Shown here: piece by piece, positions 1-13,502 of the stretch
Layout: every line of letters starts with the position of its first letter
How positions within the stretch are numbered: position 1 is the first letter of the stretch
From: Octopus vulgaris
Taxonomy: Eukaryota
Direction of reading: 5' to 3'
Length of the DNA: 64,000 bases
NCBI GenBank assembly: GCA_951406725.2
Contig: OX597815.1
Span: 161,944,001-162,008,000, forward strand
The notes under the pieces: model-generated
Told to the model about the DNA's origin: nothing
Seen by the model: only the letters and a program-made list of their open reading frames with translations
Databases searched by the model: none
Made by a program: the position numbers and the translations under genes

Positions 1-212
1 ATATGTTTGTGTGTCTGTGTTTGTCCCCACAACATTGCTTGACAACCGATGGTGGTGTGTTTGCATCCACATAACTTAGCAGTTCGGCAACAGTGACCGA
101 TACAATAAATATTAGGCTTACAAAGAATAAGTCCTGGGGTCGATTTGCTCGACTAAAGGCAGTGCTCCAGCATGGCCACAGTCAAATGACTGAAACAAGT
201 AAAAGAGTAAAA
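1..212 (+). mobile_element. tRNA-derived SINE family A, 3' half (cut by window edge)
   Basis: Matches the 3' half of the full copies at 20699-21117 and 26856-27241 (cttgacaaccgatg...gcatggccacagtcaaatgactgaaacaagtaaaagagt). Confidence 0.8.
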
Positions 213-213
213 G

Positions 214-248
<35 letters not shown>

Positions 249-1058
249 CATTATTATTATTTTCTCTTTCATTTTGTATTTTATTAAATTTTTAAACTTT
301 CTTTTTAAATTTTTATTATTACTGTTATTATCATAACTACTACTACTACTACTTTGTTATTTTGATATTTTTGTTAAATGTTCTTTTTTTTGTTTTTTCC
401 TTTTTTTCTTTCATTGTTTATTGTATTTTGACCTTCAGAATGAAGTCAGGGGCACAGACAGAACCCACTCGCCTACCCCAACGCAACAATGTTTGTTTTT
501 AAAAGGTAAAGAGGGGTCAGGGTCCAGTTCAAAGACAGAAGGCAACCATCTCAGTGTAAACTCACTGAGAGAGAGGGGGGAGAGAGAGGAGCATAGAAGG
601 GACAGGTCAGATGAAAGAAAGAGAAAGTTAAGGGTAAGGTCAGTGAGAAAGGAAGGGAAAAGAAGTGTGATAGATGGGGAGGAAATAAGGGGAGAGAATG
701 AAGAAAAACATGGAAAAAGGTGTGTAAAAGAGGTGCATTATGGGAAAAGAAATGTGATAGGGTGAAAAACATGTAGAGAGATAAAGAGAGTCATGAGATG
801 ATATGCGAATGAAGGAGTGAGTGAGAGAGAGTGAAAGAGAGAGAAAGACAGAATGAAAGATAGATAGATAGATTGATAGATAGATCAATAGCTAGAAAGA
901 TAGAGAGAGGGAGAAAGAGGGAGCTAGAGAGAGTGAAGGGGAAAGAAGGAGCTAGAGTGAGAAGGCAGAAAGAAGGGAAATTGAGGGTGTGAGAGAGGGA
1001 GAAAGGAGATAGATAGATAGATTGATAGGTAGATTAGATATATAGATAGATAGGTAGG

Positions 1059-1095
<37 letters not shown>

Positions 1096-1116
1096 GGATG
1101 GATGGATGGATGGATG

Positions 1117-1182
<66 letters not shown>

Positions 1183-1199
1183 CAGATAGATAGATAGAT

Positions 1200-1520
1200 T
1201 GGAAATCTCGCGTAGAAGCGCCATCCAACCAAAATGCAAATATATAGGAAACTACCACCCGTGTCATCTCTTGTGAAAGGAAGGAGAGTCCAGTTTGCTG
1301 GACATTGTTGTAGAGCTGAAAAAGAGGTAATTTCTACTCTTCTCCTCTGGAAACCATCTACTTGCAATACCAGAGGGTGCACACTCTCCTACCCTGATGT
1401 AATCTCCAGGGATACAGGCATCCAGCAACAGGACCTCTGTAATGCCATGATGGACCGTGAAGTCTGGCGTAGCATGGTAAATTCCATTGTCTCGACCACG
1501 GTCGAACAATGATGATGATG
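1200..1520 (+). mobile_element. LINE 3' end (RTE/RTEX-like ORF2 C-terminus)
   Basis: ORF 1234-1512 contains [11 protein letters not shown]...LLLWKP...DREVWR, typical of the post-RT C-terminus, and is followed by a (GAT)n tail. Confidence 0.65.
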
Positions 1521-1765
1521 AGATAGATTGATTGATTGATCGATACATACATACATACATACATACATACATACATACATACATACATACATACATACAT
1601 ACATACATACATACATGCATGCATGCATATATACATACATAAATACATACTTACATACATACATACATACATACATACATGCATGCATGCATGCATACAT
1701 ACATACATACATACATACATACATACATACATACATACATACATACATACATACATACATACATA

Positions 1766-3035
1766 CATGAGGGCTATGTATTTGCAATCCAGGAACAGGA
1801 GATTACCACGAAGTACTTCGTGAACAAGAGAGAGTGACACTCTTGTAATCCCAAAGTGCAACCACATGTGTAGGCTATGTCATGTTTCTGTGGAAGACAT
1901 CATGCATGTGATTAGCAGCTGTCCTAAAATGTCCTTAATGGTACTACCTCCCTATATGGCACGATGTAGTTGCTAAAACAACGTAAAAGAGACTGTCGTG
2001 AAATAAATTTAGAAAATCTCTCTGTTATGGAATACATTCATAAACACCACATTCATACATTCATACACAACCACATGATTGTGTGATAAGAAATTTGTTT
2101 CCCAACCACATGGTTCTGTGTTCAGGTCCACGGTGTGGCAGCTTAGGCAAGCATCTTCTACTATAGCCTCAGGCCAATTAAAGCCTTATGTGTAGATTTG
2201 GTAGATGGAAACTGAAAAAGCTCTAACTGTTGGTAGGAAAATTACTTCCCTATCATATGGTTCCAGGTTCAGTCTTGCTGTGTGGCACATTGGGCAAGTG
2301 TGTTCTCCTTCAGCCTAAAGTTAACCAAAGCCTTGTGAGTGGATTTGGTAGACAGAAACCAGATGAAGGCCATTAATATGTGGGTATGCATGTGTCTTTG
2401 TTTGTCCTCTCCACCACCACCACCTGACAACCGATGTTGCTGTGTTTATGTCTCTGAAACCTAGCAATTCAGCAAAAGATAAATGTAAAGAATCCCTCTC
2501 TTACTGAATATGTACACAAATATCAACACAAGAAATCCATTCCCTGGTATGCCTACACTTGACATCTGTCAAATGTAGGTATACCAGGCCAGATATTATT
2601 GTTTGGGACAGACAAGAAAAAGTATGCACTATCACAGAGGTCAGCTGTCCTGCTGATGTGAATATCTCTTTGGAGAGAAAGAAGATAACTATAGACAGCT
2701 GCCTTGAAACCTCCAGCATCTATATCCAGATTACAAATTCACATTTATATCAATGATAATTGGTGCACTTGGTTTTGTGAGTGAATGCTTAAATGCCAGT
2801 CTCAATAAGTTTGGATTGGATTTTTCAGAAAAAGCAATCAACCAACTGACTCACGCATTACAAATACAATCTGTAAGGGGAACAGTAACAATATGCAAAA
2901 CTTTTCTCAGGTTTAAAATGTGGTATTGTTTTTTTGTTATCTACATTCCAATGATGGAGCTTTGTATCTTTGTTAGAAACCAGCTCCTTCTTCAGAAGTA
3001 GAATTTAAATAATTAAAAACAGACAAATGGATTGA
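1766..3035 (+). mobile_element. 5'-truncated RLE-type (R4/Dong-like) non-LTR retrotransposon, decayed and SINE-interrupted
   Basis: CCHC knuckle (CRLCHVSVEDIMHVISSC) at ~1868-1925. Restriction-like endonuclease motif RPDIIVWD...ITEVSCP at 2585-2650, then IIGALG at 2756. A family A SINE interrupts it at ~2078-2480. Confidence 0.75.
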
Positions 3036-3038
3036 TAC

Positions 3039-3089
<51 letters not shown>

Positions 3090-3814
3090 CATACATACAT
3101 ACATACATACATACATACATACATACATACATACATACATACATACATACATACATACATACATACATACATACATACAACAAACCAACAAACAAGACTC
3201 TCTTGTCTAAACTCCAGTGAAAGTCTTGAGTTTCTAGGCTCTTACTTCATTAGTGAGAAGTTTGAAAAGAAAGCCAGGTAAACACTCATAAATGCATGTG
3301 CACACATGCATGCATACACACACACACACATCTATCTCTCTCTCTCTCTCTCTCTGACTGGGTAACCATGTATCCCGTCAACAACAAGACACCCATTTCT
3401 GTCTCTCTGTCACACTCTAACATTTCATCATCTGACACGAGATCACCTCCTCCAGTGATCTCTCCCCTCTCAAAGGATCTTTGTCTTGCAAGTTACTTGG
3501 TGACCCTGCTAGTGCTGGTGCCATGTAAAAAGCATCCAGCCCATGCTGTAAAGTGGTTGCCATTTGGAAGGGCATCCATCTGTGAAAAAAAAAACCATGC
3601 CAAAACTGACCACGCCTGTGTTGGTGCCACATGAAAAGCACTCAGTCCATTCTGCATGATGGTTGGTGATAGGAAGAGCATCCAGCCAAAACAGATATTG
3701 AAACCTGATGCAGTCTTCTGTCTAGGCTGCTCCTGTCAAACTATCCAGCTCATGCCAGCATGGAGAACGGATGTTAAATGACGATGATGGTGGTGGTGGT
3801 GGTGATCCATACCT

Positions 3815-4160
3815 ATACTCTTTTACTTGTTTCAGTCATTTAACTGCGACCATGCTGGAGCACCGCCCTTAGTCGAGAAAATCGACCCCAGGACTAGTAC
3901 TTATTCTATTAGTCACTTTTGCTGAACCTCTAAGTTACGGGGATGTAAACACACCAGCATTGGTTGTCAAGCAGACACACACATATATATATATATACAT
4001 ATATACAACAGGCTTTTTTCAGTTTCCATCAACCAAATCCACTCACAAGGCTTTGGTTGGCTTGAGGCTATAGAAACTTGCCCAAGGTGCCATGCAGTGG
4101 GACTGAACCCGGAACTATGTGGTCGGTAAGTAAGCTACTTACCACACAGCCACTCCTGCA
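3815..4160 (-). mobile_element. SINE family A
   Basis: Reverse complement of the family A head (ggctgtgtggtaagtagc...ggttcagtcccactg) and tail. Confidence 0.8.
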
Positions 4161-5084
4161 CCTATACATCAAATTTATAAAGACAACTAAATCCCAAAGA
4201 TAGAGCTCTGATTTTTTCATTAGTAGCCAGCCTATTTCAAAAATTTAAGGAGGGGGAAAAAAGAAAAGACTTTATACTGTAACATTCATCCAAAAGTCAT
4301 TTAAATCATGTTTAATAATAAATAACCATTGATTAATGAATGTTATCAGCTTATATGCATAACAAATTAATCTGCATAATAGATTTTCATCTGCCGATTA
4401 AAGTAATAAATTATTGTTGGAGAGAAGTTATCTAAATGTAAAAGTGTTTTTGCTGGGAATCATTCAGATTGAAAAAGACAAACTTTAAACATGTTTGGTT
4501 TAGTTAGTTAGGTATTTGATACATTTAGAATTAATAGGAAACAAAGGCACCTGCTGGGAACTCATGAGCTAAGAATATGAAAGCTTATCCACTCAAGCGT
4601 GACGTTTACTTCTATCCAGATTCAAGTAAATATATTATACCATTCAAGGATAACTGTTATATTCTTCCTCATCATGAATTGTCAGCTGAGATAGCTTAAA
4701 GTATATTTATTCCTCTTGACATGGTTCCTATATTTATTGGTGTATTTTATTTTGCTTTCATTTTGTTTCTTTAATATATCTACATCACAATCATTTCCTC
4801 TGGTCACTTATTCTGGTTTATTACATACTGGAATGATAGGTCCGCTAATTGGATCATTACTTTCTGAAAAGCTAAATCACCATATTATTTGCATCACTAA
4901 CCCCCACCACCATCACCAACATTCTCTTTCTACTTTCCAGCACTTCTTTGCCATGGCAGCCAACCACTTGCCTATTACTATCTTCAAAGATATTAAAGTT
5001 CCTGGATGCAATAGTCAAATTGACTGTCCTGTTTTTAAACTGATTTTTAATAGCAATTTATGGAATAAATTTCTTTTTCTTTAC

Positions 5085-5132
<48 letters not shown>

Positions 5133-5777
5133 ATCACTCAGTATGTAAGTACTCAAATAATTATTTTAAACTTTGATACAAGACCAGTCATTTTGAGGGG
5201 AGGGGGCAAGTCAATCACATCGATACTAATACTTGACTGCTACTTATTTTATCAACCTTCAAAAGGATGAAAGGCAAAGTTGACCTTGGTGGAATTGATA
5301 CTCAGAATGCAAAGAGCCTCAAGAAATACAGCTAAGCCTCTTGTCTGACTTGCTAAAGCTTATGCCAGTTTGCTACCTTTAAATACTGAAATCATCATCA
5401 TCATCATCACCATCATCATGATTATCTTCATAAGCATTGTCATTATTTAGCATCTGTTTTACATGCTGGCATGGGTTGGACCACTTCACAGGAGCTGGCA
5501 AGGCCAGGGGCTGCACCAGGCTCCATTTGTCTGTTTTGCTTTGGTTTCTACAGCTGGATGCCATTCTTAATGCCAACCACTTTACAGAGTGTGCTGGGTG
5601 AGTTTTACGTAATAAGTTCAATATAGGTGTAGTTGTGTGGTAGGAAGCTTGCTTTTCAACTACATGGTTCTGGATCCAGTCCCACTGTATGGCACTTGGG
5701 AAAATGTTTTCTACTATAGCCTCGGACTGACCAGTCTTGTGATTGAATTTGGCAGATTGAAACTGCAAAAAGCCCTA

Positions 5778-5952
5778 GTGGCACGTAAAAATACACCCAC
5801 TACACTCACAGAGTGGTTGGCGTTAGGAAGGGCATCCAGCCGTAGAAACACTGCCAGATCAGACTGGAGCCTGGTGCAGCCTCCTGACTTCCCAGACCCT
5901 GGTCAAACCATCCAACCCCTGCTAGGATGGAAAACAGGCGTTAAATGATGAT
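5778..5952 (+). mobile_element. RTE LINE 3'UTR fragment
   Basis: gtggttggcgttaggaagggcatccagc...gttaaatgatgatg. The same sequence follows RTE coding remnants at 23850-24435 and 49700-50795. Confidence 0.7.
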
Positions 5953-6914
5953 ATATATATATACAAGGGCTGGCCAGATTGGAGCAATCTTGAGTAAAAC
6001 CAGCTGAAATTGCAAAGAAAATCTGGAACTCAAGTGAGGAAAGAAAACTTCGAATGACCCATCCTTGTTTCCTCATATTGTCTATCTGAATGTTTTGTTG
6101 TCCCCTTTTTTGTATCACCTAACTATCTGGATGCTTTCATTCTGGTCCCATTTTGTATTTTATATATATATATATATATATACATCTATGTGTGTATATG
6201 TCTGTGTTTGTTCCCCCACCCCACCCATCACTTCTTGACAACTGGTGTTACATCCCTTTAACTTAGTGGTTCAACAGAAGAGACCGATAGAATAAGTATA
6301 AGGTTTAACGAAAATAAGTCCTGCGGTCGAATTGTTTGACTAAAACCCTTCAAGGTCGTACTCCAGTATGGCCGCAGTCTAATGACTGAAACAAGTAAAG
6401 GAATAAAAGAATAAAATACCATATTTTCTGCTATAGAAGGGACAATGTCAGTCCCCCATCACTTTCTGACCTGATAAAGTTGAAGGTATCAAAGTAAATA
6501 AATAGTTAAATAAATAACTGACGAAAAGCTATTCTTATACATTCAATAACTTAAAATCCACACTCCATGCAGACTTTTACATTAGTTCCTGCAATGGACT
6601 AATTGAGCCTGTGGCCCCAAACTAAGGAGAGCAATAATAACAAAGCATTTGTCGGTACCCTACCAATATGACATTACTTTAAATTCAGTTTAAATGAAAA
6701 ACTTGTAAGTTCACAAATTTCTGGAGCTCCTTAAAATTTTAAATTTTTAACTGTTAGCTTCTTATAACAAATCCTCATCCAGACCTGACAACAATGCTAG
6801 ATGTTCAAGAACCAAATGAAGGGCAGGTTTTCAATCCTGGGATCATCCTGATTGCATAGAAGATATAATATGTCTATGATGATGTAGAGTGAGATACAGG
6901 GGTTCTGGATAGCC

Positions 6915-7233
6915 TCCATGCCGGTGGCACGTAAAAGACACCATTCAAGCGTGATTGTTACCAGCATCGCCTTACTGGCACCTGTGCCGGTGGCATGTGT
7001 AAAAGATTAGAGTGAGGGCGTTGCCAGTACTGCCTGACTGGCCACTGTGCAGGTGGCACGTAAAAGCACCCACTACACTCTCGGAGTGGTTGGCGTTAGG
7101 AAGGACATCCAGCTGTAGAAAAATCTGCCAGATCAAGATTGAAGCCTGGTGCAGCCATCTGGTTCACTAGCCCTCAGTCAAATCGTTCAACCAATGCTAG
7201 CATGGAAAGCGGACGTTAAACGATGATGATGAT
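6915..7233 (+). mobile_element. RTE LINE 3'UTR fragment with internal repeats
   Basis: Same 3'UTR with a (GAT)n tail, flanked by an approximate direct repeat gtgagatacagggg..ctggat. Confidence 0.7.
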
Positions 7234-7714
7234 GTAGTGCAAATGTAAAGTGAGATACAGGGGTCCTGGATTGATGGATGGACTGACAGAAGTTTGTATT
7301 TATTATTATAGATGAAAATGATGGGCTCTTTCTTGTTTCTTGCACACAAACACACATGCACACACTGGTAAAAGACAAGCCAACAGATTTGATCAATTGT
7401 CTTACAAGGGTTAATGCACATTTGGTTCTATTATGCACATGTTCACTCTATCTGTTTGTATTACAGTAGTGACAGGACGATAAGCAAACCATTCATCTCA
7501 ATATTTGCTTGCATAATTTCATTTAATAAACTGCATCATACACACCCAAAGCATAGCTTCTTTTTTGCTTCAATGACAATAGATCCCATTCTCATATGTT
7601 GAGTGACAGCGAGAAGAGTTGTGAGAATTGCAAAGTAAATGTGCATTGTTGTACACAAATAGGTTTGAAAAATTAGCATAATTCTAAATATTATATATAT
7701 ATATATTATGTATG

Positions 7715-7766
<52 letters not shown>

Positions 7767-8056
7767 TACATACATATATATATACATATATACATACATG
7801 TATGCATACATACATACATACATACATACATACATACATACATACATACATACATACATACATACATACATACATACATACATACAAGAGTATGGAGATT
7901 AGTTCAACCACAGAATTTATTTTAGAATTTTATACATATTATGATAACCTACACATTAATATATTCCTCCAAACTCACATATAGATATGATAGATAGATG
8001 GATAGAAAGAGAGATAAATAGATACACATATGCATACCAATATGTATATGCATATA

Positions 8057-8345
8057 CAGTGGCAGACTGGCCAGGTTGCCCGCTTGCCCAATAGCAAGTG
8101 AGCTCCTGCGCCAATAGAATCCATATATGGGGGCTCATGTTAGTATTTATGGGGCCCATCCCCTCAAGTTTGAGAATTTTTTATTCATTCCTGGAAGAAT
8201 GCATTAATTATTTCAACCTAGCTGTGTTTGTAGACAGTTGTAAAGAATACTTTTAATAAAAACAAATTAAATGATAACAATGTAGTTGCGGTTGGGCCCC
8301 CTTAGTCTCCCGGCAACCAATATTTTTAGACCCAGCCCACCACTG
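8057..8345. mobile_element. hAT-type MITE
   Basis: TIRs cagtggcagactgg / ccagcccaccactg and a degenerate 8-bp flank duplication (tgcatata / cgtatata). Confidence 0.55.
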
Positions 8346-8346
8346 C

Positions 8347-8382
<36 letters not shown>

Positions 8383-9544
8383 TTATGTATAGGCTGTGTT
8401 TTCGAAATGGAAGCGAACACCTTTTTCCATGTGATTGGATTGAAAAATTATTAAGACACTAGGATATTTTCCTACTTTTCTTAGCATGATACCAATGGTA
8501 GCCTTAATCCACAAATAAAGAAGTGATATCTACTTATGCAGTGTTGAGTACTCATTTTCAGTGTTGAGTACTCATTTTCAGTGTTGAGCACTCATTTGAC
8601 CAATATCAATAGTAGAAGATGATGGCCTTCAGCAAGTATTGCACACAGCACTTCAAAATACCGAATAGAAATTACCTTGCTGGTGCACTATTGATAAAAT
8701 GTTGCCGGATATTTATAACAGCAAAAGAGACAGTGTTAAAGAAGCAGTGGAAAATTCAAAGGCAATTGCACTAGCATCTGATTTTTGGACATTCCTAGGT
8801 AATGCAAGTTATTGCTGAATCACCGGCCATTCGATTGCTGATGACTGGAATTTAATAAGTGTTATTCTTGAAGGTGTGCATGTTGTTGAATGTCATTGTT
8901 CTAACAATGTTGCTGAGTTATATAAACAATTTGTAAAAGACTGGGATATAACAAAGAAGATTCAGGTTCTATTAACAGACAATGCACGAAATTTGGCTTC
9001 AGCTTTTAATCAAACTGGTTTTGCTCATATTTCATGTTTGGTCATAGCCTGCAGCTGAGCATATTGCATGGATTTAAAGCTGCAAATACAGAAACATTGT
9101 TTGTTGAATGTCGAAAAATCATAGGACATTTTAAACATAGCCCTATCCACACAATTGAATTGCAGCATTGTAGTGATTCACCATTGTGTAAGCTATAGCA
9201 AGCTGTTCCAACAAGATGGAACAGTACTTTCCTAATGCTGCAGAGTCTGCTGTAGGCCAGAGAAGCAATAACCATCTCCATGTCAGACAAAGAGAAGCAA
9301 TATAAAGGTCCAAAACTATTCAATTCTGATTGGGTAATGATTTCAAAATACATCAACATTTTAAACTACGGTACTGCTTGGCGGTGAAAAATACATGTCA
9401 TGTAATTGTATATTGCCACTGTTATTGTCTTTGACAAAGCACATGACTGTAAATGATGATGATCCAGGTTATATAGCCAGATTCAAGGCAGCATCTGTTA
9501 ATGATTTCAGCAAACATGTAGCTGACATGAAAAATATTGAAATA

Positions 9545-10447
9545 CTAGCAGTATCACCCGGCGTTGCTCTAGTTTGTTCGACCCTTTAGAATTGGAATTT
9601 TTGAAAAGTAAAAATTTTACATCATGTAGCTAGTTATTCTCTTTAAGTGAACATTTTTTTGGTTGAAATACACCAAAAAATGGCGACACAGCAGTCAAAA
9701 AATCATAAAAAATAGAGATTCTCATAGAAAAAAAGCACCTTTTTGATGTAAATAATTTTTGGTGTTAACATGGTCCGATTTGAATTTTATCATCTACGGA
9801 ATGAAGAGCAAGCCTTCTTCTATCATACTCTCAATTTTGGTCAACTTATGCCACAGGGTCTCGGAGGAGATAGGATTAGATGAAGGCTACCAAACCTGCC
9901 ACACAGAGACAACTTCAGCTTTATATATATACTAGCAGTATCGCCCGGCGTTGCTCGGGTTTGTAAGGGAAATAACTATATAAGCATTTTTAGAGAGTTA
10001 CTTCCCTTATAGATGCCAATTCGGGCTTTCTTAGCCATTTCTGCTTTGGTGTCTTCAAGCCATGAAGTCGTTGTTCTAAAAGAACGCTGGTCTCCTTGAC
10101 AACGCTTTACGACGTTGATTTCCTTACACTCCCTTCCCCACAGCTTCCCGAGGGAGGGAAGAAGGGGAGAAGCAAACAGGTGCAGGTGTGACCATGGACG
10201 CCAACTCCGCCGCCATCGACACACGAAAAATTATGCATTAAAATGGAATAAAAAATTATGTTAAATTATTTTTAAAATCGTAGACTCATCGTAGACGCGC
10301 GCTAATACTCAGACGGGCTCAATATGAATCACGACTATAAGATACCCGAATTTGGTTAAACTGCATCGCAAAATGTGGGAGTAGTTAGGAATCTAAATCG
10401 AAGGGGACAGACACTCACACAACTACAGTTTTATATATATAGATAGA
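9545..10447 (-). mobile_element. non-autonomous Helitron (outer), containing a second nested Helitron
   Basis: On the minus strand it starts TC and ends CTAG, inserted at A|T with no TSD, and has a GC-rich hairpin near the 3' end. Removing it restores the hAT frame gaa ata|tta cag (EI|LQIATALDP). Confidence 0.8.
9932..10443 (-). mobile_element. non-autonomous Helitron (inner)
   Basis: TC...CTAG ends with the subterminal hairpin cccgagcaacgccggg. Homologous to 36224-36621. Confidence 0.8.
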
Positions 10448-11137
10448 TTACAGATTGCAACAGCACTTGATCCATGATATTAAAACTTGAAGTGTTTAGT
10501 AGACGATTCAAAAGAACAAACAGGGTTACTTATTGGACAACAAATAGCAGTTGATGTTAATGATGACCAGTTGAAGACTAATGCACAAGATGATACTGAC
10601 AGTGTCAATAAAACTATATGCAAACCTCATGAAAAGCATATTAAGCTGATGGAGTCTGACTCAGACTTAGAAGAGGTGTCATCGAAAATGCTTCAGATGA
10701 AGTACAGTGATTTAAAAGGGAGAGAAATGTTGCTGAATCGGTTGATCCACTACAATGGGGGAAACTTAATGAATATCAATATACGAAATTGGCATTTATT
10801 ACCAAGGCTGTTGTGCATACCAGCTACCTCGGTTCTGTGTGAATGATTATTTAGCTCTGCTGGTTGTATTGTTAACAAGATGTGCTCATCACTTGAACCA
10901 AATATTGTTAGCATGCTTGTGTGTTTGCGTAACTGGTTATCCAACAACATTTGAGTTAGAAAACGCCTACCTTGTTTTTAACTGAGTTTTAATTGAAATA
11001 TCATAAACTTGTTAATAAATGCAACCGCAGACATTTTTGTGTTTTAATCGGAATTAACTATTAATTAATCGTTAATTCCTCAAAAGTCGATTATCAAAAT
11101 TAAATTAATTGCTACCAGCCCTAACACACACACACAC

Positions 11138-11512
11138 CAGTGGCACATAAGAAAACACCATCCGAGCGTGGCCGTCTGCCAGCCTCGTCTGGCACCTGTG
11201 TCGGTGGCACATAAGAAAACACCATCCGAGCGTGGCCGTCTGACAGCCTCGTCTGGCACCTGTGTCGGTGGCACATAAAAAACACCATCCAAGCGTGGCC
11301 GTCTGCCAGCCTCGTCTGTCACCTGTGTCGGTGGCACATAAAATCACCCATTACACTCTCGGAGTGGTTGGCGTTAGGAAGGGCATCCAGCTGTAGAAAC
11401 ACTGCCAGATCTGACTGGCCTGGTGCAGCCTTCGGGCTTGCCAGACCCCAGTTGAACCGTCCAACCCATACTAGCATGGAAAGCGGACGTTAAACGATGA
11501 TGATGATGATGA

Positions 11513-11515
<3 letters not shown>
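11138..11515 (+). mobile_element. RTE 3'UTR-derived element with ~62-bp tandem units
   Basis: About 3 units of ggtggcacataa..aacaccatccgagcgtggccgtctgccagcctcgtctggcacctgtgtc, then the 3'UTR and a (GAT)n tail. Near-identical copy at 16787-17123. Confidence 0.75.
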
Positions 11516-11561
<46 letters not shown>

Positions 11562-12019
11562 GAGGTACATGCTGTGTGTTTGAGGAGGTTGCCTCCCAAT
11601 CATGGGGTGTCTTGGGTTGAGTCCTACTAAGTGGCACCTTGGACAAGTGTCTTCTACTATAGCCCTGGGTCAACTAAAGACTTGTCAGTGGATTTGGTGG
11701 ATGGAAACAGGAAGAATCCTGTTGTATGTATATGTGTGTGTTTGTGTGTGCATGCGTGTGTCTGTGTACCCTAGTTTAGACATCACATGAGTCATACACA
11801 GTCATCATCATCATCATCCTCATCATCATCATCATCATCATACAAGCCAAGTTATTTGTTTCAAATCTTCTGTAAAAAAACATACCTGGCCATTGGGAAA
11901 TATTATTTTACTTAACAGGTGAAGGTCAATGACAGGAAGGGGCAGCCAGCTGTAGGAAATCTGCCTCAACAAATTCTGTTCTAACCCATGCAAGCATGGG
12001 TATGTGGACATTAAGTGAA

Positions 12020-12223
12020 TAATGGTGGTGGATGCTGAAGACCATGATTATGATGGTGGTGGTAGTGGTGGTGATGATGTTGATGATGATGACAATGATG
12101 ATGATGCTGATGATGGTGGTAGTGGTGGTGGTGATGATGATGATGATGATAATCATGGCGATGACAATGACAGTGACAATGACAATGACAGCAAAGATGA
12201 TGATGATGATGATGATGATGATG

Positions 12224-12264
<41 letters not shown>

Positions 12265-12627
12265 GCTGATGGCGATGACAATGACAGTGATGATGCCAAC
12301 AACAGCGAAAACAACAAAGATGATTATGAAGATGATGATGGCAATGATGATGACAGTGATGATGACAACAACGAAGATGATGATGATGGTGATGACAATG
12401 ATGATGATGACGGTGATGATGACAATGATAATGAAAACAACAAAGATGATTATGATGATGATGTGATGATGATGATGACAAAGACAACAAAGATGATGAT
12501 GATGACAACAATGAAGATGATGATGATGATGATAATGATGATGATAATGACGATGAGGGTGATGACGATGACAGTGATGATGACAACAACGAAGATGATT
12601 ATGATGATGATGATGGTGATGATGATT

Positions 12628-12673
<46 letters not shown>

Positions 12674-12900
12674 CGATAACGGTGATGATGACAATGATAA
12701 TGACAACAACAAAGATGATTATGATGATGATAACAAAGACAACAAAGATGATGATGATGATGATGGCTATGACGATGACAATGATTATTAGAATGGCAAT
12801 GAAGACAACAAAGACGATTATTATGATGATGATGATGGTAATTATGACAATGGCGTTAATGGTGATGGTGACGACTACAATGATGATGATAATGACAAAA
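12020..12900. repeat. degenerate (GAT/GAC/CAT)n trinucleotide tract
   Basis: About 900 bp of imperfect triplet repeats that produce spurious poly-D/M/H ORFs. Confidence 0.9.
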
Positions 12901-13231
12901 CAGACGTTTTGTTTTTTTTAAATCAGAAAGCATCTCTTATCTCCAAATCCTTCCCCTGGCGTCAGATTGGTCCAAGCAGCTCTCTCTCCATCTAACAGGA
13001 TACAAACGGCATCTCAGCTTCTTAGCTGGTTGTTAAGTACCCAATTCACTTGACAATCCTAATTTGGTTGTCAAATTTTTTTTTGACAATTGGATTTTTG
13101 TTTCTTTTTTCTTCATTGCTAACTACATGTCCACTCTAAGGAACAAACGAGGGAGCTCCTAAAGTGTTCCTTCAGTCTTTCAGGAATAGAAGCAAAACTT
13201 TCAACCCACATTTAACCATTTCAAAATGGCA

Positions 13232-13273
<42 letters not shown>

Positions 13274-13440
13274 GTGATGGTGATGATGATGATGATGGTG
13301 GTGGCTTAGGGTTCAGTCCCACAGCATGATACCTTGGGCGAGTGTCTTCTGCTCTAGTCCCAGGCTGACCAAAAGCCTTGAGAGTGGATTTGGTAGACAG
13401 AAACTGAAAGAAGTCCATCGTACATATGTATGTGTGTGTC

Positions 13441-13487
<47 letters not shown>

Positions 13488-13502
13488 ATTTTAGTACAAG
13501 CA

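Larger units (their letters stand above)
8595..11123 (+). pseudogene. decayed hAT (ZBED1-like) DNA transposon/transposase
   Basis: Motifs in order across frameshifts and stops: PISIVEDDG, ALASDFWT, LTDNARN, VPTRWNST, ATALDP and CIPATSVLCE.LFSSAG (hATC dimerisation domain). 3' TIR ...gctaccagcccta ends at 11123. Interrupted at 9545-10447. Confidence 0.85.

Noticed and set aside
860-1790. ORFs with YLSI/MYVC/IHTY repeats (also at 3.0, 7.7 and 16.3 kb and elsewhere)
   Set aside because: These are translations of (GATA)n, (CATA)n and (TA)n microsatellites.
4716-5270. 184-aa ORF with a hydrophobic N-terminus
   Set aside because: It has a non-ATG start, runs through (CT)n and a SINE, and shows no recognisable homology.
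11138-11345. Regularly spaced repeats resembling a CRISPR array
   Set aside because: They are whole-unit tandem repeats without unique spacers, inside a eukaryotic retroelement, and there are no cas genes.
11926-12921. 299-aa, 192-aa and 144-aa ORFs rich in D/H/M/S
   Set aside because: They are open in several frames and on both strands only because the tract is degenerate (GAT)n, and no domain is recognisable.
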